DNA of 64,000 nucleotides. It comes from Candidatus Hydrogenedentota bacterium. GTDB lineage: Bacteria > Hydrogenedentota > Hydrogenedentia > Hydrogenedentales > SLHB01. The stretch's first letter is position 1. Every line of letters starts with the position of its first letter. Under the pieces are notes generated by a model. The model was given only the letters and a program-made list of their open reading frames with translations, ran no database searches and was not told the origin of the DNA. Positions 40,959-51,170 of the stretch are shown piece after piece. Made by a program: the position numbers and the translations under genes. Location of the stretch: assembly GCA_963745075.1 (NCBI GenBank), contig CAVUWV010000010.1, positions 352,001 to 416,000 on the forward strand. Reading direction: 5' to 3'.

Positions 40959-42347
40959 ATGGTAACGAAAGTAGTAGACCTTGAGTCCCTGGACGAATCA
41001 GACGCCCAGTTGACACCGGCCTACGGACGGCGCGCCGTGACGCAATCGGTTCCCAAGTACGAGCTGCCCGATCATGAGATGGCGCCCGATTCCGCCTACA
41101 ACATCATCCACGATGAGTTGATGCTCGATGGCAATGCGCGGCTGAACCTGGCGACATTCGTGACCACGTGGATGGAGCCGCAGGCCGAGCAGTTGATGGC
41201 GGAGGCCTTCGACAAAAACCTCATCGACAAAGACGAATACCCGCAGACCGCCGCGATTGAGGAGCGCTGCATCAACATCGTTTCCAATCTGTTCAATGCG
41301 CCAAACCAGGGCGTCGGCGCTTCGGGAATCGGTTCCAGTGAAGCGGTGATGCTCGCAGGGATGGCTTTGAAATGGCGATGGCGGAGCCGGCGCCGCGCGC
41401 AAGGTAAACCCGCCGATACGCCCAATCTCGTCCTTGGTTCGAATGTGCAGGTGGTGTGGGAGAAATTCTGCCGCTACTGGGAGGTGGAGCCCAAATACAT
41501 TCCCGTGAAGAAAGGGCGTTACGTCATCACGCCGGAAGAAGTCGTCAACGCCACGGACGAAAACACCATCGGCGTGGTGGCCATCCTGGGCACGACGTTT
41601 ACGGGTGAATTTGAACCCATCGAAGCCATTCACGAAGCCCTCGCGAATCAGAATGCGAAGACCGGGTGGGAAATTCCAATGCACATCGATGCCGCAAGCG
41701 GCGGTTTCGTCGCGCCGTTTCTTCATCCCGACCTGAAGTGGGATTTTCGTTTGCCGCTCGTCAAGTCCATCAACGTCTCCGGACACAAGTATGGCCTCGT
41801 GTATCCCGGCATCGGCTGGGTCGTGTGGCGAAGCCACGAGGATCTTCCCGAGGACCTCGTCTTTCACGTCAACTACCTCGGCGGCGACATGCCGACCTTT
41901 ACACTGAATTTCTCCCGGCCGGGAAACCAAGTCGTGGGGCAATATTACAATTTCCTGCGATTGGGTCGAGCGGGGTACACCCAAATCATGACCGCCCTGC
42001 GCGACATCGCCACGGGGCTCGCCGCGAAGATAGCGGAATTGGGCCCCTTCGAACTGGTCAGTGACGGCAGTCAAATGCCGGTCTTTGCCTTCAAACTCAA
42101 GGACGAAGTCGACACGTACAGTGTATTCGACGTTTCCGACAAGCTCCGAGAATTCGGGTGGCAGGTTCCCGCCTATACGATGCCGGCCAACGCCGAAGAG
42201 GTCGCCGTGTTGCGGGTCGTCGTACGCGAAGGATTCAGTTGGGATATGGCATCCATGCTGCTCGACGACCTCCGGAAAGTTGTGGAGCACTTCAAGGGCA
42301 AGCCCGAGCATAAACCCAAAGAACCCGCGCCGCAGTTCAAGCACTGA
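40959..42347 (+). CDS. gadB: Glutamate decarboxylase
   Basis: NLATFVTTWM, IDKDEYP, HIDAASGGF and SINVSGHKYGL (PLP Lys). Confidence 0.93.
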   Translation: MVTKVVDLESLDESDAQLTPAYGRRAVTQSVPKYELPDHEMAPDSAYNIIHDELMLDGNARLNLATFVTTWMEPQAEQLMAEAFDKNLIDKDEYPQTAAIEERCINIVSNLFNAPNQGVGASGIGSSEAVMLAGMALKWRWRSRRRAQGKPADTPNLVLGSNVQVVWEKFCRYWEVEPKYIPVKKGRYVITPEEVVNATDENTIGVVAILGTTFTGEFEPIEAIHEALANQNAKTGWEIPMHIDAASGGFVAPFLHPDLKWDFRLPLVKSINVSGHKYGLVYPGIGWVVWRSHEDLPEDLVFHVNYLGGDMPTFTLNFSRPGNQVVGQYYNFLRLGRAGYTQIMTALRDIATGLAAKIAELGPFELVSDGSQMPVFAFKLKDEVDTYSVFDVSDKLREFGWQVPAYTMPANAEEVAVLRVVVREGFSWDMASMLLDDLRKVVEHFKGKPEHKPKEPAPQFKH

Positions 42348-42566
42348 TAAGATCCTTCCGGCAAATCCACCGAACGTGGCAGCGCGACCGCCTATATAAC
42401 GTGACGTTACGCCTGAAGAGTGCTAATATATGGGTCTAGCAGACTTTCGGGATCGATAACCCTGCGAAAGGCTCCTTCCTCGGGTCTGCAACAGGTAGTT
42501 TGTGTCTCTGTGCCATGGTGCTTTTCCGTGAGGAAACGAGCGATGACAAACCGGAGGGGCTCGATC

Positions 42567-44105
42567 ATGACGATCACCTGTGATTCCCAATCAAAACTTA
42601 CAGTTGGGCTCTTCTGTCTTCTGACCGCCAGTCTCTCGTTTCTGTCCGTTGGCTGCGGTCCGGGAGCGGGCAACAGGGACATCAGCGGTTACACACTGGG
42701 AGACGCAGGCGGATCTCAGTTGCTGGTGGCGCCGTACTTCTCAACGGATTCGCTTATCGTGATCACAAACCTCTCGAATGTATCGACCACCCTCGCAATC
42801 GAATACCGTGATTGGACAGGTGCCGATAAAACTCCCGCTCAGAACACCTATGATCTGGCTGCCGGTGCAACGGTACATTGGGCACCGTTAGCGAACAATG
42901 TCCAAATCGAGGGACCGGCTGGAAGCGCGGTACCCGACATGACGGGGAATGCCTCAGCGGGGAGCGCGACCATTTCCAGCACGGAGCCTGTAGCCGGCCA
43001 CTTGGAGATATACCTCAAGAACGGCTCCACAAGCGCCTATAGACTCGGTGGGATTGCGGAAGCTACCGATACACTCGGGGTGCCGTACTTTGGAACCGCT
43101 TCGTTTATTTCCGTGAGAAATATTGCGAACGCCACGAATACGATCACGATTGAGTACCGCGACTTGGCGGGGGTAGACCGGACTCCGGCTCAGAATAGTT
43201 TTGAACTTGCGGCAGGGGCAACCGTTCGCTGGGCGCCATTGGTTAACGATCCCGGCATCGAGGGTGTGGCGGGGGCTGCCGTCCCCGATATGGATACGAC
43301 AGGTGGCGCGTCGGAAGGCAGCGCCTTCATCTCAGGTACGGAGCCCCTTGCCGGCCAGCTAGAAGTAGTCCACGGCGCACGTTTTAGTGGATACACACTC
43401 GGGTACATCTCCGGGAGTGCAAAGGGCAAGGCGACAGGTAACTTGCTTGCCGTACCTTACTTCCGCACGGGCTCGCACATCGCCATTCGAAACCTTGGGG
43501 CTTCAACGGCAACCGTTTCGGTTCAATACTCGTACCTTAGCGATGGAACGCCCTTTGTCAGTTCTCACGAATTGCCGCCCAGTGCAACCTCCCGTTGGTC
43601 GCCTTTCGTGGACGTGCCCGGATTCGCAGAAACGGAGGGATACGCAATCATCAGTTCCGATGCGCCTCTCATTGGCCACTTGGAGCAGAGTGACATGGGC
43701 GGTTCAAACGCCGCATATCGGTTGAGTGGCTCTAATGAGTGGACGAGTTCGCTCGTGGCGCCCTACTTCCGGCCGGATTCATTCATTACCGTCATGAATC
43801 TCGGGGCTCAGGCGACGACGATCATGGTTGAATACCGCGACGTAGCCGGTGTAGACCAAACTCCTGCTCAGAATAGTTTTGAACTTGCGGCGGGACAAGC
43901 CGTGCGCTGGGCGCCTTTGGTTAACGATCCCGGCATCGAGGGTGTGGCGGGGGCTGCCATCCCCGATATGACAGGTAGCGCATCGGAAGGTAGCGCCATT
44001 ATCACGAGCCTTCAGATGGAGCCTATTGCCGGACAGTTGGAACTGGGTCCCGGACTGTCGCCCCACCACAGATCGACCTTGCAATCGGTCCATCCCGAAA
44101 ACTGA
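42567..44105 (+). CDS. Lipoprotein with four tandem ~120-aa beta-rich repeats
   Basis: Lipobox LSVGC; recurring (A/V)PYF...I...N...IEYRD..G.D.TPAQN..LAAG..V.WAPL; DNA near-identity between about 43185-43295 and 43860-43970. Confidence 0.75.
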   Translation: MTITCDSQSKLTVGLFCLLTASLSFLSVGCGPGAGNRDISGYTLGDAGGSQLLVAPYFSTDSLIVITNLSNVSTTLAIEYRDWTGADKTPAQNTYDLAAGATVHWAPLANNVQIEGPAGSAVPDMTGNASAGSATISSTEPVAGHLEIYLKNGSTSAYRLGGIAEATDTLGVPYFGTASFISVRNIANATNTITIEYRDLAGVDRTPAQNSFELAAGATVRWAPLVNDPGIEGVAGAAVPDMDTTGGASEGSAFISGTEPLAGQLEVVHGARFSGYTLGYISGSAKGKATGNLLAVPYFRTGSHIAIRNLGASTATVSVQYSYLSDGTPFVSSHELPPSATSRWSPFVDVPGFAETEGYAIISSDAPLIGHLEQSDMGGSNAAYRLSGSNEWTSSLVAPYFRPDSFITVMNLGAQATTIMVEYRDVAGVDQTPAQNSFELAAGQAVRWAPLVNDPGIEGVAGAAIPDMTGSASEGSAIITSLQMEPIAGQLELGPGLSPHHRSTLQSVHPEN

Positions 44106-44188
44106 TCCACCTGTGTTTTCGGCGGTCATGGGTCGCGTAGGATCGTTTCTGTAAAAAGGGGTAGACAAGAGAGGCCATTGTTTGCTCA

Positions 44189-44246
44189 GGGAAATTTAGG
44201 GACAGGAAATTTAGGGACATCCATGATAGGCGGGGAAATTTAGAGG
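44189..44246. repeat. Direct repeats GGAAATTTAGGGACA x2 plus a degenerate third copy
   Basis: Directly visible upstream of Rhs module 1. Confidence 0.75.
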
Positions 44247-44382
44247 TAAATACATTGCGCATTCTGGGCGCGAGTGGTAGTATTACAAAAGGATCACGTG
44301 TGCGTGAATGCATCGGATTTACCCGACCGGCATCAAATATCAAGGAAGGGGCCCTAATAAATGGTTACTGTCCCCATTTATT

Positions 44383-46371
44383 CGTATTACAACATCCCGA
44401 ACGGGATGACGACGAATTACAGCTACGATTCGCGCAATCGGTTGACCGCCATCGAGCATAAGGACGGCGCGAACGTGTTGGACGGGTTTACGTACGCCCT
44501 GGATGACGTGGGGAATATCACGCAGACGACGCATGAGGACGGGTCGTTCTGGGAGTATGGCTACGATGGGCGGTATCGGTTGACGAGTGCCGTGCGGAGC
44601 AACGCCAACGAGACCATTGAGGCCACGTATGCTTATACCTACGATGACGGGGACAACCTGCTGACGAAGGTCGAGCCTTTCGAGGATGATTTCAATGACG
44701 GCAATTACACGGGCTGGTCGGTGTGGTCGGGGACGTGGAGCGCGGCGAACAACCACCTCCATATGACGCCGGGGACAGCGGCCACCATCGCCAAGGCGAA
44801 CACGGATAACGACAACGAGTTGCGGTTTACGTACGTCAACAACGACACCAGCGACAACGGCTACTATCTCATCGTCGGGCCGCGGTATGGGACCGGCGGG
44901 GACCGGATCTACCTGAACATCCTGCGCGGGTCGATCAATCTGGCGCAGCGTGTGAGCGGCGTGTGGACAGGCTTGGTCGGCGCGGCGGTGACGACGGAAG
45001 AGGGCGTCGAGTACACGATCCGGGTGGTCTGCGACGATTCGGATGTGAAGGTCTACCGGGCCGCGCCGGACGAACTCGAGGAGTTGGTGCTGGAGACCTC
45101 GAACTGCACCATGACGTACACGAACTACGTGACCTTCACACCCAGCACGGACGCGGATTTCGCCATCGACAACATCCGCATCCTGTCCGACGACCTCAGC
45201 AACACGACGACCTTTGCCGTCAACAACGCCAACGAACTCACGTCCATGACGGACTACAACGGCACCACCACCTTCGGCTTCGACGATTGGGGCCGGATGA
45301 CCAGCAAGGCGCGGGGCAGCTATGAGGCGACGTATGGGTATCGCTACGGCCAGATGCTGAGATCGGTCACCAGCGACTTTCCCGGCGAGGGGAACGTGAC
45401 GTATGAGTACGGGGGCGACGGGAAGAGACGCGCGGCCACACATGGGACGGAAGCCTCTTCCTACTCTTGGGGGCTCGGCACGCAAGCCGTTTCAGAGGAG
45501 GATGAAAACGGGGCGCTTGCGAGAACTCATGTGAACAGGTTTGCTGACATACTGGGGAGCGATCCGTCGAGTGGATCTACAAGATACTATTTCCTAGACC
45601 GCCTCGGATCCACGCGTTCGATGCGAAACCAATCAAGGGAATTAGTGAGTGAGTTTGAGTACGAACCGTACGGAGAGACCTACTTTCACGCGGATGTTCT
45701 ATTGGCCATGCGAGGGTTCTCCGGGATGCGCGCCGATGGGTATAGCGGTTTTTACTTCACTCGCTTTCGCATGTACATGCCTAGTATTGGCAGATGGATC
45801 TCCCGTGAGCCAGCTCGATTGGACGGTCCGAACCTTTACGAATATGGATTTGACAATCCCGTGCTATACGTTGACCCGTGGGGACTCTTCCCCTTTAACT
45901 TCCCGAGCATCGATAAAGATTGGTGGGATGACTATCTCGAATCCGAGTCCGAACGCCGACCCGATTAATATCACGCCGCGCGACGCGTTGATGAAACGCA
46001 ATAAGGACTGTCAGAAAAGGGTATTCGCGCAGATAGATAAGCTGCGGAGTATGAACGCGATGAACCCGGCTTGCTATATACCATCCAATCTGAAGGTCAC
46101 CTTTGGCGGACTACCTGACGGAGTATCATTCAGTCCGTGGTCAAACTGGATCGATATCAATTACGATTGGTGCGACCTAAGTGATCAAGAACTACTACCC
46201 CTCCTTCTACATGAAATTGGGCATGCGATAGAATACAACCCTTGGTGGAGGTTGCCTTACATTCCGTCCTACTGGTGGAATGACGGCGATGTCTATAGTC
46301 CATATCCAACATCATATGCTGGGAAATACGAAAAGCGAGCGAACGATTTCGTCAAAGGATGCCGCTACTAG
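44383..46371 (+). pseudogene. 5'-truncated (orphan) Rhs module 1 with HExxH metallopeptidase-like tip; frameshift near 45940
   Basis: YD repeats, R.Y.P..GRWISREP...NLY.Y...NPV...DPWG core end; tip continues in another frame with LLHEIGH. Confidence 0.8.
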
Positions 46372-46433
46372 AGTACATTAGAGGCTCCGTGTAAGGAACA
46401 ACCGTGTGTTCAAGAAGTTTTAGGATATTAGGC

Positions 46434-47375
46434 ATGCGTCTAGACCGCGTCGGAGTTCTCGTAGGAAGTACCTTGATTTTGACCATAGTCGCAGGCCTTG
46501 CCTGTGACGATTGGCGCAAATTGACACCAGGGGACCGCGCGGGGCCAGACGCTGTATTGGTATGTGTGGGAGCCTTCATCGTGACTGGCGCCGGTACAAC
46601 TCAACCGACAAAGGTTGTACTCGAGAGAGAGGGCAGCCACGAACTGCGCAATGACGACAGAGCGTGGGTTGTGGGCTCTGCTCCGTACATTCACGAAAGT
46701 CAGAACAAGACATTCATTGCGACGCAGGGATTCGTGCTTGGATTTACGAGAGCCATGCTATCAAGGTCTTATTGTCTGATGGAGGTCTACTTTGAGAATC
46801 ATGGAGAGAGTGATGTGGCCTTTATCTCCAATGAGGTCGTTTTGAGTGAGGATGTGCTGAGATCATTGGGACTTGCACGGGAATCGGATGCCGGTAAACC
46901 ACTGACGGACCAAAACGCCCCACGTGTGGTATCTCGAAGTAGTCACCCAGCGTTTCGTCCTATTCAAGTCGGGTATCAGGTGGATGCGATGAAGTACTGC
47001 CTGATGGCAAGCACTGAACTTCCTGCTGAGCAGTTGGAAGTGCTTCTGCGCAAAGAGGAATGCGGCTATTACACGCAATACCTTAACTCAGACGTTGTTG
47101 ACAGATTGGATTGGGTTCCTGTAAGGGGTTTGCGTGACATTGTCGTACATCCAGGTGAGTCGAACAGGCTGATGCTCGTCTTCTTGCCAGGTGTTTTCGA
47201 AGAGGCCGAACTGGAAGTCGTGGTTGAAGACAGGGCGACGCGTGAGAAGTTACCCTTCTTATTTCGTTGGAGGGCTGCAACCTATGATGAGTATTGGCCT
47301 CCAGGTTCTGCATATGATTGGGGTGGAGTCTGGGATCCTAGGGGGACATCAACCCGAGACGCAGTCGATGATTAG
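46434..47375 (+). CDS. Hypothetical exported protein, candidate immunity protein for Rhs module 1
   Basis: Directly downstream of the tip, lower GC, N-terminal hydrophobic segment ending LAC. Confidence 0.55.
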   Translation: MRLDRVGVLVGSTLILTIVAGLACDDWRKLTPGDRAGPDAVLVCVGAFIVTGAGTTQPTKVVLEREGSHELRNDDRAWVVGSAPYIHESQNKTFIATQGFVLGFTRAMLSRSYCLMEVYFENHGESDVAFISNEVVLSEDVLRSLGLARESDAGKPLTDQNAPRVVSRSSHPAFRPIQVGYQVDAMKYCLMASTELPAEQLEVLLRKEECGYYTQYLNSDVVDRLDWVPVRGLRDIVVHPGESNRLMLVFLPGVFEEAELEVVVEDRATREKLPFLFRWRAATYDEYWPPGSAYDWGGVWDPRGTSTRDAVDD

Positions 47376-47506
47376 TCAGACGGACCAGTGCCCCTGCCTC
47401 GACCGTCCGTAAGAAGACGTATAGTCTGCGGCGCGCGCGACTATCTTGTAGAGACGATCTGGAGTGACTGATTTTACATAGCTAGTGGGCATCTGTTGTT
47501 AATGCC

Positions 47507-49886
47507 ATGAACCGGTTGACGAAGGTGCAGACGCCCTATCGGGTCGAATATGACGCTAGCGTACGACAGGACGGACAGGTCACGTCCATCACGGATTACG
47601 ACGACTCGACGTTGACGTATGCCTACGACGCCGCCGGGAACGTCACGTCCATGACGGATTACCCCTCCGGCTGGAGCCTGGCGAAGCCGGTTGGGCGGCA
47701 GCGACTGGAGCGAAGCGAAGTCGCGGGAGCCACGGCAACACGATGGAGACAGACGCGGGACTTTCCCGGCATGTTTGCCCGCTCGCGCGGTCAAGCCATG
47801 CCTGCCACTGGGGCGCGACTTCACTGCGTTGCAGTCGCGGGGACCGGAACGAGTTGAGCACGTTGACGGCGCCGGGGTCGAAGACGTGGACGTTCCATTA
47901 CAACGACATCGGGCAGCCGACGTATTACAATATCCCGAACGGGATGACGACGAATTACGGGTATGATTCGCGGAACCGGTTGACCGCCATCGAGCATAAG
48001 GACGGCGCGAACGTGTTGGACGGGTTCACGTATGCCCTGGACGACGTGGGGAATATCACGCAGACGACGCATGAGGACGGGTCGTTCTGGGAGTACGGCT
48101 ACGATGGGCGGTACCGCCTGACCAGCGCCGTGCGCAGCAACGCCAACGAGACGATCGAGGCGAACTATGCCTACACGTACGATGACGGGGACAATTTGCT
48201 GACCAAGGTCGAGCCCTTTGAGGACGACTTTAATGACGGCAACTACACGGGTTGGTCGGTGTGGTCGGGCACGTGGAGTGCGTCCAACAACTCTCTCCGG
48301 ATGACGCCGGGCACGGCGGGCACCATCGCCAAGGCGAACACGGATGCGAGCCTGGAACTGCGGTTTACGTACGTATGCAACGACGACAGCAATACCAGCT
48401 ACGGGTTGCTTGTGGGGCCGCGCTATGCCGCGGGGGGCGACCGAATCTATCTGTACTTCTACCCGGACCGCGCGGTGTTGGCGCAACGGGTAAGCGGCGT
48501 CTGGACGCAACTCGATTGGGACGGCGCCGACAGCGATGAGGGTACCGAGTACACGGTCCGGATCGTGTGTGACGGGTCGAACGTGGAGGTGTACCGGAGC
48601 GAGCCGGGGAACTGGAAACGAAGATCCTGGAAACGTCGAGTTGCACGGCTACCGCGACGAACTACGTGACGTTCACGCCCAGAACGGACGCGGATTTCAG
48701 TATCGACAACATCCGCATCCTCTCCGACGACCTCAGCAACACGACGACGTTCGCCGTCAACAACGCCAACGAACTCACGTCCATGACCGACTACAACGGC
48801 TCGACCACCTTCGGCTTCGACGATTGGGGCCGCATGACCAGCAAGGCCCGCGGAAGCTATGAGGCGAAGTACGGCTACCGGTATGGGCAGATGCTCTGCG
48901 CGGTCACCAGCGATTTCCCCGGCGAGGGGAATGTGACGTATGAGTACACAGGCGACAAGAGATTGTGGGAAACCTCCTCACCCTCTGGAAATAGTTGGTA
49001 CAATTGGCGATCGCGCTCATCCGTGGTAAGTGTCGAGGATGACCAGGGCGATCTGATACTCACGAATGTTTCTGGGCTTGCCAACCGGGATGCCATGGGC
49101 ACATATGAATACCGCCTTAGGGACAGAGTGAGAACCACTCGTATAGTTCGAGGCGAGGACAAGGCAACTTCTGAATCGAGCGAATTCGACCCGTACGGCA
49201 GTGACTACGCCTCGTCGGGAAGCAGCACTAGTCGGATGTTTGCAGCACTACGGTTACATCCAGATCTTGACATCTACCAGTCACAGAATCGTTTTTATAG
49301 TCCGGAAACAACTCGATGGCTTACGCGAGATCCAGCAGGAATGACTGACAGCTCTAACCTTTACCTTTACGTGAAAGCAAATCCGACCAACTATATCGAC
49401 CCAACGGGAACGGCTATTTGGAAATGCTATCGTAGTACGTTGATGGGGGTTGGCATGCACGCGTACATGTGGGATGATCGCGAAGGTCCCTTGAGAAACC
49501 GTGTTACTCGGTCATGTGGAACAAGTGGGATGTTCGGCTTTGGAAATCCGTGGCTGGATAAGGACGAGTTGGGCCCGGGCCGGAACAACGACTATTGCGT
49601 TAAGGTCAATGGAAGTGACGGGCTTGAGAACAAGTTGATGATGTGTTGCCAAGCGGCTGCAAATGATGGGCTCTGGATACCGTACGATAACGACTGCCAT
49701 AATGCCGTCGACGATTGCCTCGCCAAGTGGGGTCTTGAGCAGCCCCCGTTGCCGTTGGGCAGAACGCCGATTGACGATGCTGCTAGACAGGGGGCAGGTA
49801 ATCTCTATAATCAGACCTGTGATTTCCTGGGTCGTTGTATTCGGGGGTTGTTGTGTGAACTAAGTGGCCCCTACGACCCCTACTAG
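47507..49886 (+). pseudogene. Orphan Rhs module 2, interrupted by hairpins at about 47660-47845 and frameshifted near 48609; Cys-rich tip
   Basis: YD repeats near-identical to module 1 (47921-48947 vs 44383-45410), RFYSPETTRWLTRDP...NPTNYIDPTG, tip with HAY...NDCH. Confidence 0.8.
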
Positions 49887-49903
49887 GGGAAGACGCACGT
49901 ACT

Positions 49904-50851
49904 ATGTTTCACACAAAATCCAGAAGGTGGAAATGGGGCATGCTTTTCCTTGTCTCAGTCCTCGTTCTGTCGGCCATAGTAGTGTCGGTACCGAAGAGGG
50001 AAGTTGTGGAGCGGAATAGGGACATTGCCCCCCACTTCTACGGATATAGCTATGGTTACGTGGAATCCATTGCAGAAGATCTCGGGTTCGGAACCTCGAT
50101 GCCGATCCTAATTGAGAGAGGACGAACGGGATCAGAGGTATTGGTATTCGCGGGTTGGGGCAACGAAAGGGAACCTACGGCTCTAACGCTTACTGGAAGT
50201 GGAGGACAGGAGTCTGTAATGGTCACCAAAGCACCGTTTCCAACAGGTGAGTATGGTTGCTTGGTCGACCTTGAGCAGGGCGACATTCTGGCTGTGGAGG
50301 CATCTGGTAGTGTGTGTCTCGTCCAAAGAGATGGAAAACTGATCGCAGTCGGATGTTCTCGTGATAATCATCGCTGCGAATTAGACGATGTGGCTGGTTT
50401 ATCCAATTTCAGAGTATTCCGTAACGGGAATCTGATTCATGTTTTTGCGACAGCGTTCGAAGAATCTCGTGACGGAGGCGTGCTGAACCATAGGCGTTTC
50501 ACAGGTATCAAATCCTATGTGTGCAAGGTGGACAAAGATGGATTTACGTTAGACAACTTGCGTACGTTCCCGCGTCCCACCACCCCACGTGCCACACCGT
50601 TCCATGTTGAGGATATGGACCCTTGGTCGAATCAAGTCCTGGTGAGAGATCCTTATGACATGCCCTTTGCATTCCGCAGTTCGTGGTATGTGTTCAATGT
50701 TGACGATGCTGACGATGCTGACATGGTATTCGTGGCTCGTACGAATGGCTATGGGGTATTCCTACAGGCTGACGTGTTATCTGCGTTCAAGGACGGTCTG
50801 CTTCGTCAATCCCCAGCCATGCCAGCCGGGCTATCTCATCAAAATCAATGA
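49904..50851 (+). CDS. Hypothetical membrane-anchored protein, candidate immunity protein for Rhs module 2
   Basis: 17 bp after the tip stop, lower GC, one N-terminal TM. Confidence 0.55.
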   Translation: MFHTKSRRWKWGMLFLVSVLVLSAIVVSVPKREVVERNRDIAPHFYGYSYGYVESIAEDLGFGTSMPILIERGRTGSEVLVFAGWGNEREPTALTLTGSGGQESVMVTKAPFPTGEYGCLVDLEQGDILAVEASGSVCLVQRDGKLIAVGCSRDNHRCELDDVAGLSNFRVFRNGNLIHVFATAFEESRDGGVLNHRRFTGIKSYVCKVDKDGFTLDNLRTFPRPTTPRATPFHVEDMDPWSNQVLVRDPYDMPFAFRSSWYVFNVDDADDADMVFVARTNGYGVFLQADVLSAFKDGLLRQSPAMPAGLSHQNQ

Positions 50852-50874
50852 GAGGAGCACGACGCGACGCGGTG

Positions 50875-51163
50875 CAACATCCCGAACGGGATGACGACGA
50901 ATTACGGGTACGATTCGCGTAATCACGCCTGCGGCGTGACTATCGAGCATAAGGATGGGGCGAACGTGTTGGACGGGTTCACCTATGCCCTGGACGACGT
51001 GGGGAATATCACATCGCCGACTGGAGCGAAGCGAAGTCGGCACGGTGGCAATGGCCGCAGCGGCAGCGAGGCCATGAGAGCCCAGACGACGCATGAGGAC
51101 GGGGCGTTCTGGGACTACGGCTATGACGGGCGGTACCGGTTGACGAGCGCCGTCCGCAGCAAT
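50875..51163 (+). pseudogene. Rhs fragment 3 with in-frame hairpin insertions
   Basis: NIPNGMTTNYGYDSRN...RLTSAVRSN matches modules 1 and 2. Confidence 0.85.
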
Positions 51164-51170
51164 TTCCTTA

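Noticed and set aside
44361..51163. Diversity-generating retroelement explanation for the Rhs repeats
   Set aside because: No reverse transcriptase in the window, and differences between copies are not adenine-specific
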